Assembly: GCA_051294375.1 (NCBI GenBank)
Contig: CM119265.1
Location: 27,162,517-27,226,516 of the forward strand
DNA from: Paraspadella gotoi
Taxonomy: Eukaryota; Animalia; Chaetognatha
DNA length: 64,000 nt
Direction: 5' to 3'
Under the pieces are notes generated by a model. The model was given only the letters and a program-made list of their open reading frames with translations. It was not told the origin of the DNA and did not search any database. The stretch's first letter is position 1. Each line of letters opens with the position of its first letter. Shown here piece by piece: positions 13,201-22,810 of the stretch. Both the position numbers and the translations under genes were made by a program.

Positions 13201-14921
13201 GTGCTGACGCGCGGCGCCGTGAGAGAGAAAGGACCGGAACAGTAGCCGTCCGAGTTAGTGGCCGCGATGGGCGAAAGGAGAAAGTCCTTGTCCAAAGGTT
13301 TTCTATCGATGACGCGGGGAAGATGGTGGAAAGAGTCGAGCGACGTTGGATTGGAATAAACGAGAAGGGGAGATTCCGTTTTGATTCTAACGACGTTCAA
13401 CGGCGAAGGAATTTCCTCTTCTCGTCCCAATCGATCTCCGTCGTTGGCTTCCACGATGTCATCTCTCATCTCAGCATCCTCGACCCTTTTCAAAAACCCA
13501 GACTTCCCCGCCTCCATCTCTTCCGCCATTCCTCTCCGCCACGCCTCCCAACTCCACCTCAGCCTCCCAAGTCGATCCTCGCTCCATCTTTCCCTCCAAA
13601 TCGCGAAACATTCTCCCACGAGCGCCGCTTCTCTTTTCGACGCCGTCCGTCGCGCTAAACGACTCCGCCGCACGGCGCCGCTCCATCCGCGGAGCGATCT
13701 CGCCGCCAGTTTATTAACTCGTCGATCGTTGGCGTCGGACGCCACCTCGGCCGCTTTCCATCTTCGCCGCCAGAGGGAAAAGAAGATTCCTACTCGAAAG
13801 GAGACGATCGTCGCTCGACGGTCGATTTGTCTTTTGAAGACAAACTCGGCCCAAGCGACGAAACACGTCGAGAGTCTTCGACGAGCGAGGAAAAAATTCG
13901 CGGACGTTCGACGCGTGAAATCGAGACGAAGACCTTGCCACGCCCATCGCGTCATCTCGCGGCGTCGATATGCCTCAGCGATCAGCGCCAAACGTCGACG
14001 ATTCCGGCGCCGCGCCGTAAACTCCTTCCAACGCCGCATGGCCGCCATCTTCCGTTTCAACTCGTCACGAAACGCCGCCATTCGCGTCTCGGCGCGGATC
14101 CTCGCCTCGCGGCGCCAACGTCCGAACGCCCGTGCCAACGAGAGGCGGCGACAAACGATCTTCGTCACGCGGCGCTGTTGACGTTCCAGAGCGAAGCGGC
14201 GCCAGAGGGCGAAGTGAATCAAGCATCGTTCCCGGCGTCGGGACCGCGACCGATCCCGCCAATCTCGAAAGATTCGCGCGACGACGACGAGACGGAGAGA
14301 CGCGACGGCCTCGTCATCGTCGCGTCGTTGAAGTCGGGCGTGGAATCTTAAGTAGGCGAAACCAAAGGAGAGAAGTTTCCTTCGTCGAAAGTCGACGGCG
14401 ACGAGATGCTGGGCGAAACCGGCTCTCCACTCCTCGAAGAACGGGGCGATCGGCGGACGGAAGAGAGCGTCCGGCGACCTCGCCGGAAAAGAATCCTGAA
14501 GTCTCTCGATTTCGTCGTCGTCGTGATAAGACGACGGGAACAATTCTCGAACCAAATTCGTCGAAACTCGATGACTACGATGAGAGTTTTCTTTGTTTCG
14601 CAGACAAATCGAAGACGGTCGCGGCGACTCTCCGATCTCCGCATTCTGTTTCGGCGTCGAGGCGAAAAAGCGGCGTCGACTTCTTCGGGAGACCCCGGCG
14701 CGCCCACCGCCTAACAAGTCTTCGATGGCGTCGTTGGCGACGTTGGACTGACGCTTGAGGGTCGACAAAGACGAGGAGAATCGTGAGGTGCCCAAGTCGG
14801 CCCGGAATGGCTCGTCGAGGAGGGTCGATGGAGAGAGACTCGGAGGCGGAAGGAGGTCGACGAGATTCTCCACGCTGGAGAGGATCGCGGGAAAATCGAG
14901 GATGAACGAGGACGAACCCAT
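10236..14921 (-). CDS. Large Sfi1-repeat (centrin-binding type) protein, SFI1/C1orf167-like, single long ORF
   Basis: 1561-aa ORF with dozens of basic helical repeats ending in F-x-x-W-[RK] (e.g. RAFGRWRR, CFAIWRE, AFEQWRN, AFRRWRA), as in Sfi1 repeats. Exact orthology is not established. Confidence 0.7.
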   Translation of the reverse strand: MGSSSFILDFPAILSSVENLVDLLPPPSLSPSTLLDEPFRADLGTSRFSSSLSTLKRQSNVANDAIEDLLGGGRAGVSRRSRRRFFASTPKQNAEIGESPRPSSICLRNKENSHRSHRVSTNLVRELFPSSYHDDDEIERLQDSFPARSPDALFRPPIAPFFEEWRAGFAQHLVAVDFRRRKLLSFGFAYLRFHARLQRRDDDEAVASLRLVVVARIFRDWRDRSRSRRRERCLIHFALWRRFALERQQRRVTKIVCRRLSLARAFGRWRREARIRAETRMAAFRDELKRKMAAMRRWKEFTARRRNRRRLALIAEAYRRREMTRWAWQGLRLDFTRRTSANFFLARRRLSTCFVAWAEFVFKRQIDRRATIVSFRVGIFFSLWRRRWKAAEVASDANDRRVNKLAARSLRGWSGAVRRSRLARRTASKREAALVGECFAIWRERWSEDRLGRLRWSWEAWRRGMAEEMEAGKSGFLKRVEDAEMRDDIVEANDGDRLGREEEIPSPLNVVRIKTESPLLVYSNPTSLDSFHHLPRVIDRKPLDKDFLLSPIAATNSDGYCSGPFSLTAPRVSTRMESRRLGPGVASEDAEEEAPSLMSTSIEISWSDEGRESGEVDRAGPVNVISGNPFVPYLQQQQQREVYSKTALCVWIVTRWRNWPLSIAFEQWRNFVARNKITRVDLQEIVAEFAARRVRFSFDEWRQRQRRVASAVERSRIVLQHRIFSRLFNFVARKKRNEEKLESATRERKTRICGVAFDEWRRRWRRRSLHSAAKAKRIKVLENVARIARLWREKSARSRMLSFAEASRREMNRRVVLGIVFDQWRKQAVAPKRHFEGKIARRRFLQWKAFAATRRRLQQGCLEARSRRLKTMFAQWRRRLQDKSIEIEKTKSRAKLIFISWHNLALTERAREVRLTRARQRIIDLGLLAILRRWRETTKRQIVAVDFDAERLECHALEAMKRHAEEARTSRDAFRRWRAWTQRSRRASISRREVESGVERRRLKETFLSWHRRASISTLAVKSRNEEVSRFCLKSWMESSRRRKEIEETKRVADDRCHFSRQRRTFESWGQALALERLVRRRTQAKSETAMRVCFFAWRIDRLEAKALRFHVGNLLRRRFEDWRRSMRRIGVVLVGVAEKVEEERRVVCKMNNFVAWKTKSEKIREFRKSRLKKSMHLCFSSWKKSTLQRLYFSRWRDRVEANKRSRRIRDAIFFSDSSLIKNAFVLWRRVALERKYFVRWKNRATSIKRSRSFSDAISSHVTSLSRRCFASWRSAALVAANVRQQRSRLLIRRSLDSWILWTEDRRRRASLAAEVATIGVLESCWKAWRLQLARDVASRRWSSGEERHALRSAFDGWRMMIASTKERRRLLAQIEMERESERAKNRDSLSLLSRPRVGEKNRDWINPRSKIPRLVASGISSPRNAALLSDRRKPRPPLPDGVASVRVKGLSPYGKMVLDAESSSAEEEGTKEDRFDVEKPKNRISETKRNSLTSDSIPHSLLTDPKSSWSTRPAKSLFIFNKRSSLNSEKNISCSTSDSLKCKKRLIYEDAKSYDCSQFS

Positions 14922-15092
14922 TTTCGATCTCCACCCACAGAATTTTTTTTTTCAATTTGTCGGTCACCTCCATCGAAAACCCCCACCCCACCCTACGAAA
15001 AAAAAATAAATAAAAATATATATAACAAGTTTTCGCATGAGTAAAAAAACAATCTAATATTTCTAAAAGAATTTGTAAAGAGGTAACGAAGG

Positions 15093-17585
15093 TCAACAAG
15101 TAAAAACGAAATTGNNNNNNNNNNGCATCAAAGCCTCGGCCTTCTCGTGGAGTTCGTCCGACAACATCCTTAATTCCTCGATCTTGACGGCGGCGAGATC
15201 TTCGTTGGACGGGAGACCTTGATAGGCCTCCACTCGCTCCTTCAACTCTTCCACCATGTCGTCTTTGCGCAGCACGTTGTCGCCCTCCGTTTCGAGTTGA
15301 CCGTGGAGAAGGTTTTCCTGATATTTACAAAGAAATTAGTTTTAACGGAAAATAATGTGCTAATTTATTTGCATAATAACTTTAAAATACTCTCATAGAG
15401 TATCATTACTGTTAACGTTTGTTTTCGTTTTAATTTTCTGTTTGGGGAGGGTGAGACTTAATTTAATTGTGTTGATGTGTGTCACTGTATCAAATTCTTG
15501 ATATTATGGTGGACTAAAATCCACCAACCGTTCATCAGCGGCCATTGGTGCCGGAGGCAAGTCATTCGCCTCCCAACCCAAAGGTCCGGGGTTCTAGCCC
15601 GGTGGTCGTCTGGCAGTTAAGAGGGACGGGGCGCTTAACCCGCCTGTAACATGGTGTTACAGCCTGATCCGAAGCTCAGGGACTGCTTATATTGAACGGT
15701 TCTGTCACTAACATATAACAATAATTACTGTCTCTTCAATATGAAATAAACTACTAGTATATATATTCCTATTTAAAATGAAAATGAGATTTGGGGTGTT
15801 GTCTATTAATTACCTTCATTCCGTTCGCCTTCACTATCTCCTCCTCCTTCCTCCACCTCGCCTCATATTCCTCTCTCTTCTTATCGAACATGGCGGCGGC
15901 CTTCGTTCTCTTCTTGTTCTCCTCCACCCGCTTGACGACCGTTTCCGGGTCGACGCCCAGACGCGCCAACGTCTTCGTCGCCGTCGACAAGTGACGCTCT
16001 TTTTCGCGCACGGACCTTCGGGCATCGAAGAGCTTCATGTCCGCGTCGAAAATCTTGCCTAATTCAAAGGAGGTTGTTGTTGTTCTTTTTAATAGTTATT
16101 TCAAATGATAAGTTATGAAATGGGGACAAATTAATAAATAAGTTACCTCCCACATAGCAGCAGCCTGCAAACTGTCAATAAAGTTTTTAAACTCTCAGAG
16201 TACTTAAGAGGCTTCCCTTTCGATGAAGTGGTATAAAGCTTGTATATTCTATTAACCATTTTATTAATATAAAAGATATTAGTTCACTTTGAGAACGTTG
16301 TCATAAAACTCTCCTAGACCTCCAGGCGATCTTCAAACACACCCTTCACACCTTGCAAATTAACGATGGCCTCCCTGAGGCATTCGGCTTCAGGGGAGAC
16401 GACGCCGAGATGCAGTCCGGCCTCGACGACGTCGTCGAGGGCGTCGCCTCCGTCGGCCGGCAAATCGGCCGACTGGAGAATGGAGAGGCGTTGGGATTTG
16501 GCCGACAAAGCATCGACGCGAGACTCGGAGACCAAGGTTCGAGTCTTAAGTGGAAGTTGAGAGGTTAATGGTTTTGACGGGCGAGTTTAAACACTATAAT
16601 TTCCAAAAGTAAAATAAGAAGAGTAAACTTTTAAGGCAATAGAATTGAAGTTTATGGTTGACTAAAATCCACCAACCGTTCATCAGCGGCCATTGGTGCC
16701 GGAGGCAAGTCATTCGCATTCCAACCCAAAGGTCCGGGGTTCTAGCCCGGTGGTCGCCTAGCAGTCAAGAGGGACGGGGCGCTTAACCCGCCTGTAACAC
16801 GGTGTTACAGCCTGATCCGAAGCTCAGGTACTGCATATATAGAACATAACAATAATTACTGTCTCTTCAAGTGTATTAATACTAAATTAAAATACGACAA
16901 TATGCAAACGAGATTGATGAGCTCGATCACCATGCAATCCAAGTTCCTCGTTACAAGCCTCTCCGACGTCGACCATCGATTCTCACCTCCATCAATTCCA
17001 TTTGAGCTTCATGAGCTGAGATCTTATCGTACAATCGAGCTAATAAATTTGCGTCGCGCAATTGATCCAGAGATTCCTCATCAACTGAGTTTAAATTTGG
17101 TTTTTTTTTAATTAACTTTTGTAAAAAAAATTTCAACGTCTTTTCTGGCTTTTTCAAACTTTTTCTACCTTCATGTATGAATAATTCTGTTATCACTTAA
17201 ACTGATTTTTTTTGGTGACAATATGTACTGCCCCAACAAGGTCTATAATGATAGGCTGAATCACGAACCTCCTTCCTCTTTTAAAAATTCCTTGACGAGT
17301 CTGTACTTGTGGGTTTCGACGCCGGGGGGGACGTCGACTCCGGGATTTTGACGACAGACCAACTTGTGAATGCCGATCCAGTCTTCTCGCTGTTAACGAG
17401 AATGAGAGTTTCACACCAGAAGATAATTAATGACTAATGATTCTAATCAAATCATATCAAAAGAAATTCACAGAGCACAAACGCAGTCGCACCTGACAAA
17501 CGCTCGAGCAGTAGGACGCCCGCTTGCATCTGCCGCATCTGTACGACGCCCCATTAGCGGAACAATGGGCGCACACAGCTACCAT
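15093..17585 (-). CDS. HAUS1: HAUS augmin complex subunit 1 with an N-terminal MYND zinc finger; exons ~17585-17493, 17395-17269, 17083-16987, 16546-16352, 16059-15813, 15318-~15110
   Basis: SADLPADGGDALDDVVEAGLHLGV..LREAIVNL, MFDKKREEY..VKANGM and LKERVEAYQGLPSNEDLAAVKIEELR match remembered HAUS1 blocks (e.g. LKKKLESYLDLMPNPSLAQVKIEEAKREL). The first two exons read MVAVCAHC..YRCGRCKRASYCSSVCQ|REDWIGIHKLVC. An N gap lies near the stop. Confidence 0.82.
15504..15739 (+). mobile_element. tRNA(Gly)-derived SINE, family A, copy 1 (HAUS1 intron)
   Basis: Near-identical to 16652..16870. tRNA-like head GCGGCCA..TGGTGCCGGAGG (A-box-like)..CCGGGGTTCTAGCCCGG (T arm/B box)..TGGTCG, followed by three hairpins. 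Confidence 0.72.
16652..16870 (+). mobile_element. tRNA(Gly)-derived SINE, family A, copy 2 (HAUS1 intron)
   Basis: Direct repeat of 15504..15739 with a few substitutions and a 3' indel. Anticodon-like loop ATTCCAA (TCC). Confidence 0.72.
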
Positions 17586-17763
17586 TTTTTCGAGAGTTTA
17601 TTCAACTATGTAAGCTATCACAGCGTGGAACATTAAATTCAAAGAATCCTAACAAAAACAAAATCAATCTTCAAATAACAAAAAAGAACAACTCGATATA
17701 GATAACAAGTGAACGACTTGAGGAACGAACAAGCGAACGACTTGAAGAACGAACAACGGAACT

Positions 17764-20019
17764 TCATTCCTCTTGAGTTTTCTTCTTCTCCGCACGATCC
17801 TTCTTTTCTCCTCTCGCCCCGAAGAGACTTTTAAAGAGTTCGTCTCGCGCCGAGTCGAGCATCAAAGAAGCGGAAGTCGTTGAAGCCGCGAAACCAATGA
17901 GTTTTTGGTGAGGATCGTAACGGACCTAAAGAGAAATAAAGAGGTAAGGACTCAACGGAGAGAACCATTTAAATTCAATCCATCCCTCGATTATTCAAAC
18001 TCGCCTTTCTTCCCTTCGACGCCCGCGTGTCGATCTTCCTTTTGTTTTTGGCGCGAAGTTTGTGCAGCTGGACCATCTGCCGGCCGAGGGCGGAGGAGTC
18101 GCTCGTTTGAGAAGATTTCCGTTCGATTAGCTCTCTTCAAAAAAAAGGGGAAAAAAAATCTAATTAATTAATTAAAATAAATGAATAAGACAGTTAAATT
18201 ATCATTTAGTGAATTTTATTTTATTACATTTCAATATTGAGCGAATACCAATGAAACCTTTATCGGAAATTTATTAATATTTGTATGGAGTTGATATGTG
18301 TCCATACATTTATCAATGAATGTATAAATAATAGTAAAAATACACCCAGAAATGTAAAAAAAAAAATAAACAAATAAATATATAAATAAATGAAATGTAC
18401 TAATGACTCCCCCCGCCGACTGAGACCTCAACAGATGCTGATAAAAGTCGGAATCGTCGAAGATTTCCTCGACGACGTCGAATCCGTGGAGTCGCGACTT
18501 TCTCTTCTCCTCCCCCTCCTCTTCTTCCTCTTCCTTCTTTCTCCTCCTCTTCCTCCCCAGCACCTCGATCCCCTGTCGATTTGTCCGCGTCCTCGTTAAG
18601 AGACGCTCCCTGTCGGCGAGGACGAGGCGGATCTGCTCGGCGATGGGCGTGTCGAAGGCGTGGAAGGACTTGGCCGTCGTCAGCGCCGTCTTCTCCTGCC
18701 ACTTGCTCAGGGTCTCGTCGCGGAAGGGCTGAACAGAGAGAAGGGGGGGGTTGAAAGGGGCAGGGAGAGGAAGGGTAAGAGAAAGGAAAGTAGAGATTGA
18801 CAATAACAGGTCGATAAACTATTTGGATGTTAAGTAAATAAATGTCAATTGGTTTCATTGCCACGGGGTCGATTCCCATCGTGTTTACAATTTAATTTAA
18901 TTTGATTTTAACACGCGACTTGATTACGGCAAAAAGCGGGCATAACTTTTTTTTATCATTAATACCTGAAACAATCGATGCCTCTTCTCGGCGGCCGCTT
19001 GGAGATCATCCGGCGATTTCGTCGCCTTGACGACGTGCTGCAGTCCCTCTACTTGCTTCAAGGCAACGGATTGAAGTTTATATAAAGCCTAAAGAAAAAA
19101 AAAGAAAAAAACAGGATTTTTTTGAGGATACATTCTTATTTTGATCTACCGTACGTTAACTCACCTCCGACAGCTTCTGGACTTTCCTCCCGCACTCCTC
19201 CACACTGTTCATCTCCTCCACCCCCAACGCGCCCGTCATATCCTCCCACGACTCGTCTCTCTCCCCCTCCTCTTCCTCCCGGTTTCTCCTCGGCCCCGGC
19301 AACCGATTCGCCAGGCCCAGGCCCTTTTGTAGGCGAATCCTGAGTTCGAGCAACGAGTCCCAGGTCTTCAACTGAGCTTTGACGGCGACGCCCTTGGCCT
19401 TCTCCGCCCGGGCCTTTCGCAACAAGTCCGCGCGGACGTCGTCCTCTCTCTTTTGTCTTTTGAGTCGAGATTCGAGTCTTTTCTCGAATTCCTTGATTCG
19501 CTTCTTTTCCATTTGCGCGACGCGTCGAGAATCTTTAGAATCTTTTGACTTTTCATCGTCCTCTTCCTCGTCATCTTCGTCAACGTCCTCGTCATCTTCC
19601 TCATCGACTTCCATTTCATCTTCTTCTTCATCTTCCTCCAATTCTTCTTCCTCCTCCATCTCTTCCTCCCCGTCGCCAGCCATTAAAATCTTTTTAAACT
19701 CTGGATCCATCTCTTCTTCTTCTTCTTCTTCTTCTTCATCGCTCTCCTCGTCGTCGTCCTCTTCGTCCTCGTCATCCTCTTCCGCCATCTTTCGACTGAT
19801 CTTCCTCCCCGCGTACTTCTCATCCCCGTCGTCCAAGAGCGGATCCAATCGTCTCCTCAAATCGCTCTTCGCGACGCCGATGTCGTCGTCGTCACTTCCG
19901 GTTCGAGTCGCGAGTTTGGCGCGAGTGACGTCGTCGCCGTCGTCGTCGACGTCGGGTATCGTCGGCGTCGGCGTCAACAAACTGGCGAGTTTGTCGGCGA
20001 GGCTGTCTTGAGACGACAT
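17764..20019 (-). CDS. AATF: AATF/Che-1/Bfr2 (SSU processome, nucleolar)
   Basis: N-terminal SLADKLASLLTPTP, long acidic tract, KGVAVKAQLKTWDSLLELRIRLQK, FRDETLSKWQEKT, EEIFDDSDFYQHLLR and DTRASKGRK|VRYDPHQKLIGF..RDELFKSLFG. Confidence 0.92.
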
Positions 20020-20213
20020 TGTCCAATTTGAATTTCAAATGTATAATTAAGTCTAAACAATCAGAAAACTAAAACATGTTTGGTCAATCTGAAAAGCAGA
20101 TAAAAAAACAACGGAGTGAATTACAACGACGCGGCAACAAAACGCCCGTTGCATAGTAACTTGTGGTTCATATCAAACTAGGAACAAAACTAACAAAGAC
20201 CCCCCCACCCTAT

Positions 20214-20711
20214 TCACGCCTTGGCGGCTTTTTTTCTCTTTATTCTCTCCTTCCTCGCCATCTTCTGAGCCTTGCGTCTCTCCTTTGCGCGTTGCATCTT
20301 CTTCTCGGATTTCTTAGAAATGACAACGTCCGACTTTTTCTGAGTGACTTGGTTTTTGACTTGATTTGGTTTCCCTTCTCCCGTCTTCTTTTTGACTTTT
20401 TTCTTTTTATCTTTGGGTTCGAGTCCGTCTTTTTGCTTGCTTTCCTGATGCTTCCCATCGTCTTTTTGCTTGCTTTCCTGCTGCTTCCCATCATCGTTCT
20501 GTTCGCCATCGTCTTCTTGCTTGAAGGCTTTCGTCTTGGGCGACGATTCGCCGTCGAGCGACGTTTCCAGTTTTTGTTTCCTTTTTGTTTCAGTCTTTTG
20601 TTTTTTCCCCTTCGTTTTGTTTTTCGAGTTTCGCTGTTTCTTCTCGCAAGAGTATTCCTGGTTGGCGTCTTGAATGTCCTTCCATTCCTTGGTCTCTTTT
20701 CCTTTCCCCAT
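20214..20711 (-). CDS. Small Lys-rich hypothetical protein (single exon, ~165 aa)
   Basis: Uninterrupted ORF from ATG 20711, coding-like composition, 11-aa tandem repeat (QKDDGKHQESK-like) and very basic C-terminus. Same orientation as all neighbours; no family recognised. Confidence 0.55.
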   Translation of the reverse strand: MGKGKETKEWKDIQDANQEYSCEKKQRNSKNKTKGKKQKTETKRKQKLETSLDGESSPKTKAFKQEDDGEQNDDGKQQESKQKDDGKHQESKQKDGLEPKDKKKKVKKKTGEGKPNQVKNQVTQKKSDVVISKKSEKKMQRAKERRKAQKMARKERIKRKKAAKA

Positions 20712-21238
20712 AGTCAAAAAACTTAGAATTAGTTATGAAATATCTATAAATAAAATAAAGCAAGAGTTAACGACTAACTAGGAATAAACGATGGGTGGTT
20801 CCAAAACGTTGGAATGGTGAGAAATAATTTAAAATGCTGTGACAAAGTGCAATTGAATAGTCAAATTGTTAAACTCGAAAAGAATTGGTTAACCTATTCC
20901 TGTAGTGTGACATTTTTCGACCTATAAAATCGATCGTAGACGCAAATAAAGACACAACTGACGGAACGAACATGCGGCAAAAACCCGCCCTACTCTACTG
21001 GCCATCTGAAAAAGTCTAGTCTGGCATTTTTATCTTCGTGCTTGTCATGATTAATTGATTATTCGAATTCAATAGTCAAAATGATAAATTATCAGATCAT
21101 TTTCTTTTTAAGAATAAACACATGAAAATGTAAAAATTCAATTGGTTTGAAGCGCAGCGGTGATAATATATCCAAATCTAATTCCGAAATATAAGGCACT
21201 TTACTTATCTTTTTAAAAACTTTAAAAAACTCTAAATG

Positions 21239-22359
21239 TCAGTAAATCATCACATCATGCATAACGATTTCGCCCTGTGCGGCGTTTCTATGGCAACATC
21301 GACAGTTTGCCAATTCGGTGCTGGAGAAAACGACGATGAGCAGCGTAAGCGCTTGACTAGCGCCCGAAAGGGGCACCAACCAAAACGACCACTCGAGCCG
21401 AGTCCTGCCAGTGGAGACCCAGTCTTTGTTTTTTTCCGCTTGGGTCAAAACGTTGTCCGAAAGATGGGAGAAGAAAATTGCACAAAATAAGGCGACGCAT
21501 AATAAAGTCGATAAAATGGAGAAGGCATTGATGATGCAGATCGCGAGGGGTCCTGATAATGAAATGATATAAACATATAACATTAATTTGACACTTTAAA
21601 CGAGTTCACAGATTGCGCAATACCTTGCTCCGTCCTGAACGGTTTGCTGAGGAGATTGAGTAAACAAAGCGCCGCAGAGGCGACGATCAAAACGACGGCG
21701 ATGAAGGCGAAGACGACGACGCCGACCCAGAGGCCGAAGGGGAGGACGCCCTCCTCGCGGGAATAGTCGACGACGCTGACTGGGGAATCCCGGTCTTTGG
21801 TGCCGAAGCCAGAGTCGAACACTTTCGAGCCCTTACAATTATGTGGTTTTTATTAGCGTTCTATTTTTAATATTCGAGAAATAAGACACAGGAGATTGAA
21901 ATTCTCGAAAATAAACGAGCATTGCGCCGGCGACGTAGAACACAATGCAATTTCCTTTTTTTCCCCTTTTATAAAGAAACGGGAAGCCAGTGCCGACGTC
22001 AAGTCACTTTTCTTCCTATTGGTAGAGGAGAAATGGCGTCGGCCAATCACGTTTCGAGTTCGAGCCGGATCCTTTTGTCCCTTTCGAAGACCGATGAATG
22101 AAATTCCCATTTCCCTTTGTATTCCCGCACAAGCCGAGAACCCGCGATGACATTGTTAAAGAAACGATAAACTTACCCTGAAGAGGCCAAAGTGAACTGT
22201 CCCGTTGCCGACTTTTTTCGATCCCAAGAGCGTCGAGTTTTTTTGGGGTCGACTCTCGATCCAAAAGTTCGTCGACAAAGAGACGCACATCAGACAGAAG
22301 CTGACGAAACTGAAGATGAGCGCCCAACAGAAGAAACAAAACCGTTTCGTGTCCACCAT
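21239..22359 (-). CDS. CLRN: Clarin-family tetraspan membrane protein (3 exons)
   Basis: TM1 followed by SLSTNFWIES..GTVHFGLFR|GCKGSKVFDSGFG, hydrophobic TM2, GPLAICIINAFS TM3, LSDNVL and LEWSFWLV before TM4: the clarin pattern. Confidence 0.82.
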
Positions 22360-22752
22360 GTTTCTTTGGTTTTTTCCCAGTTTTGTTTTTCTTAATCACA
22401 TTTTTAAAGCCTAAAAAATATTTAATTTAAAATTGTGAGTCTAAGAAAATCTCAGACTTTTAAAATTGAAAAAAAAAAAAAAGAGCCCAATCAAAAAGAG
22501 ATAAATTACCGTCTTCTGTTTAATAATATTCAAAAAGACGAACCCAAATCGTAACAACTGTAAATACTTTAAATTTGTGAAAATCAACAAAAACATAAAA
22601 AAATTTAAAAAATAACCGGATCCGATTATGAAGATAAGTACAAGTGCTTGAACTAACTAGAGTGCTTGGGGAAAAAAATTATGCTAGAAAGCGAAAAACA
22701 ATTTATATCCCGCGACTGAGTGAATTAGTATTTTAACATCTCTCTATTTCTA

Positions 22753-22805
<53 letters not shown>

Positions 22806-22810
22806 CTCTC

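Noticed and set aside
15538-15610. Possible functional tRNA-Gly genes (also 16686-16758, ~33645-33718, ~34108-34180)
   Set aside because: Anticodon and D stems do not pair properly and each is embedded in a longer repeated unit, so these are SINE heads rather than tRNA genes.
19379-20011. Plus-strand poly-Ser ORF
   Set aside because: Antisense of the Asp/Glu tract of AATF.
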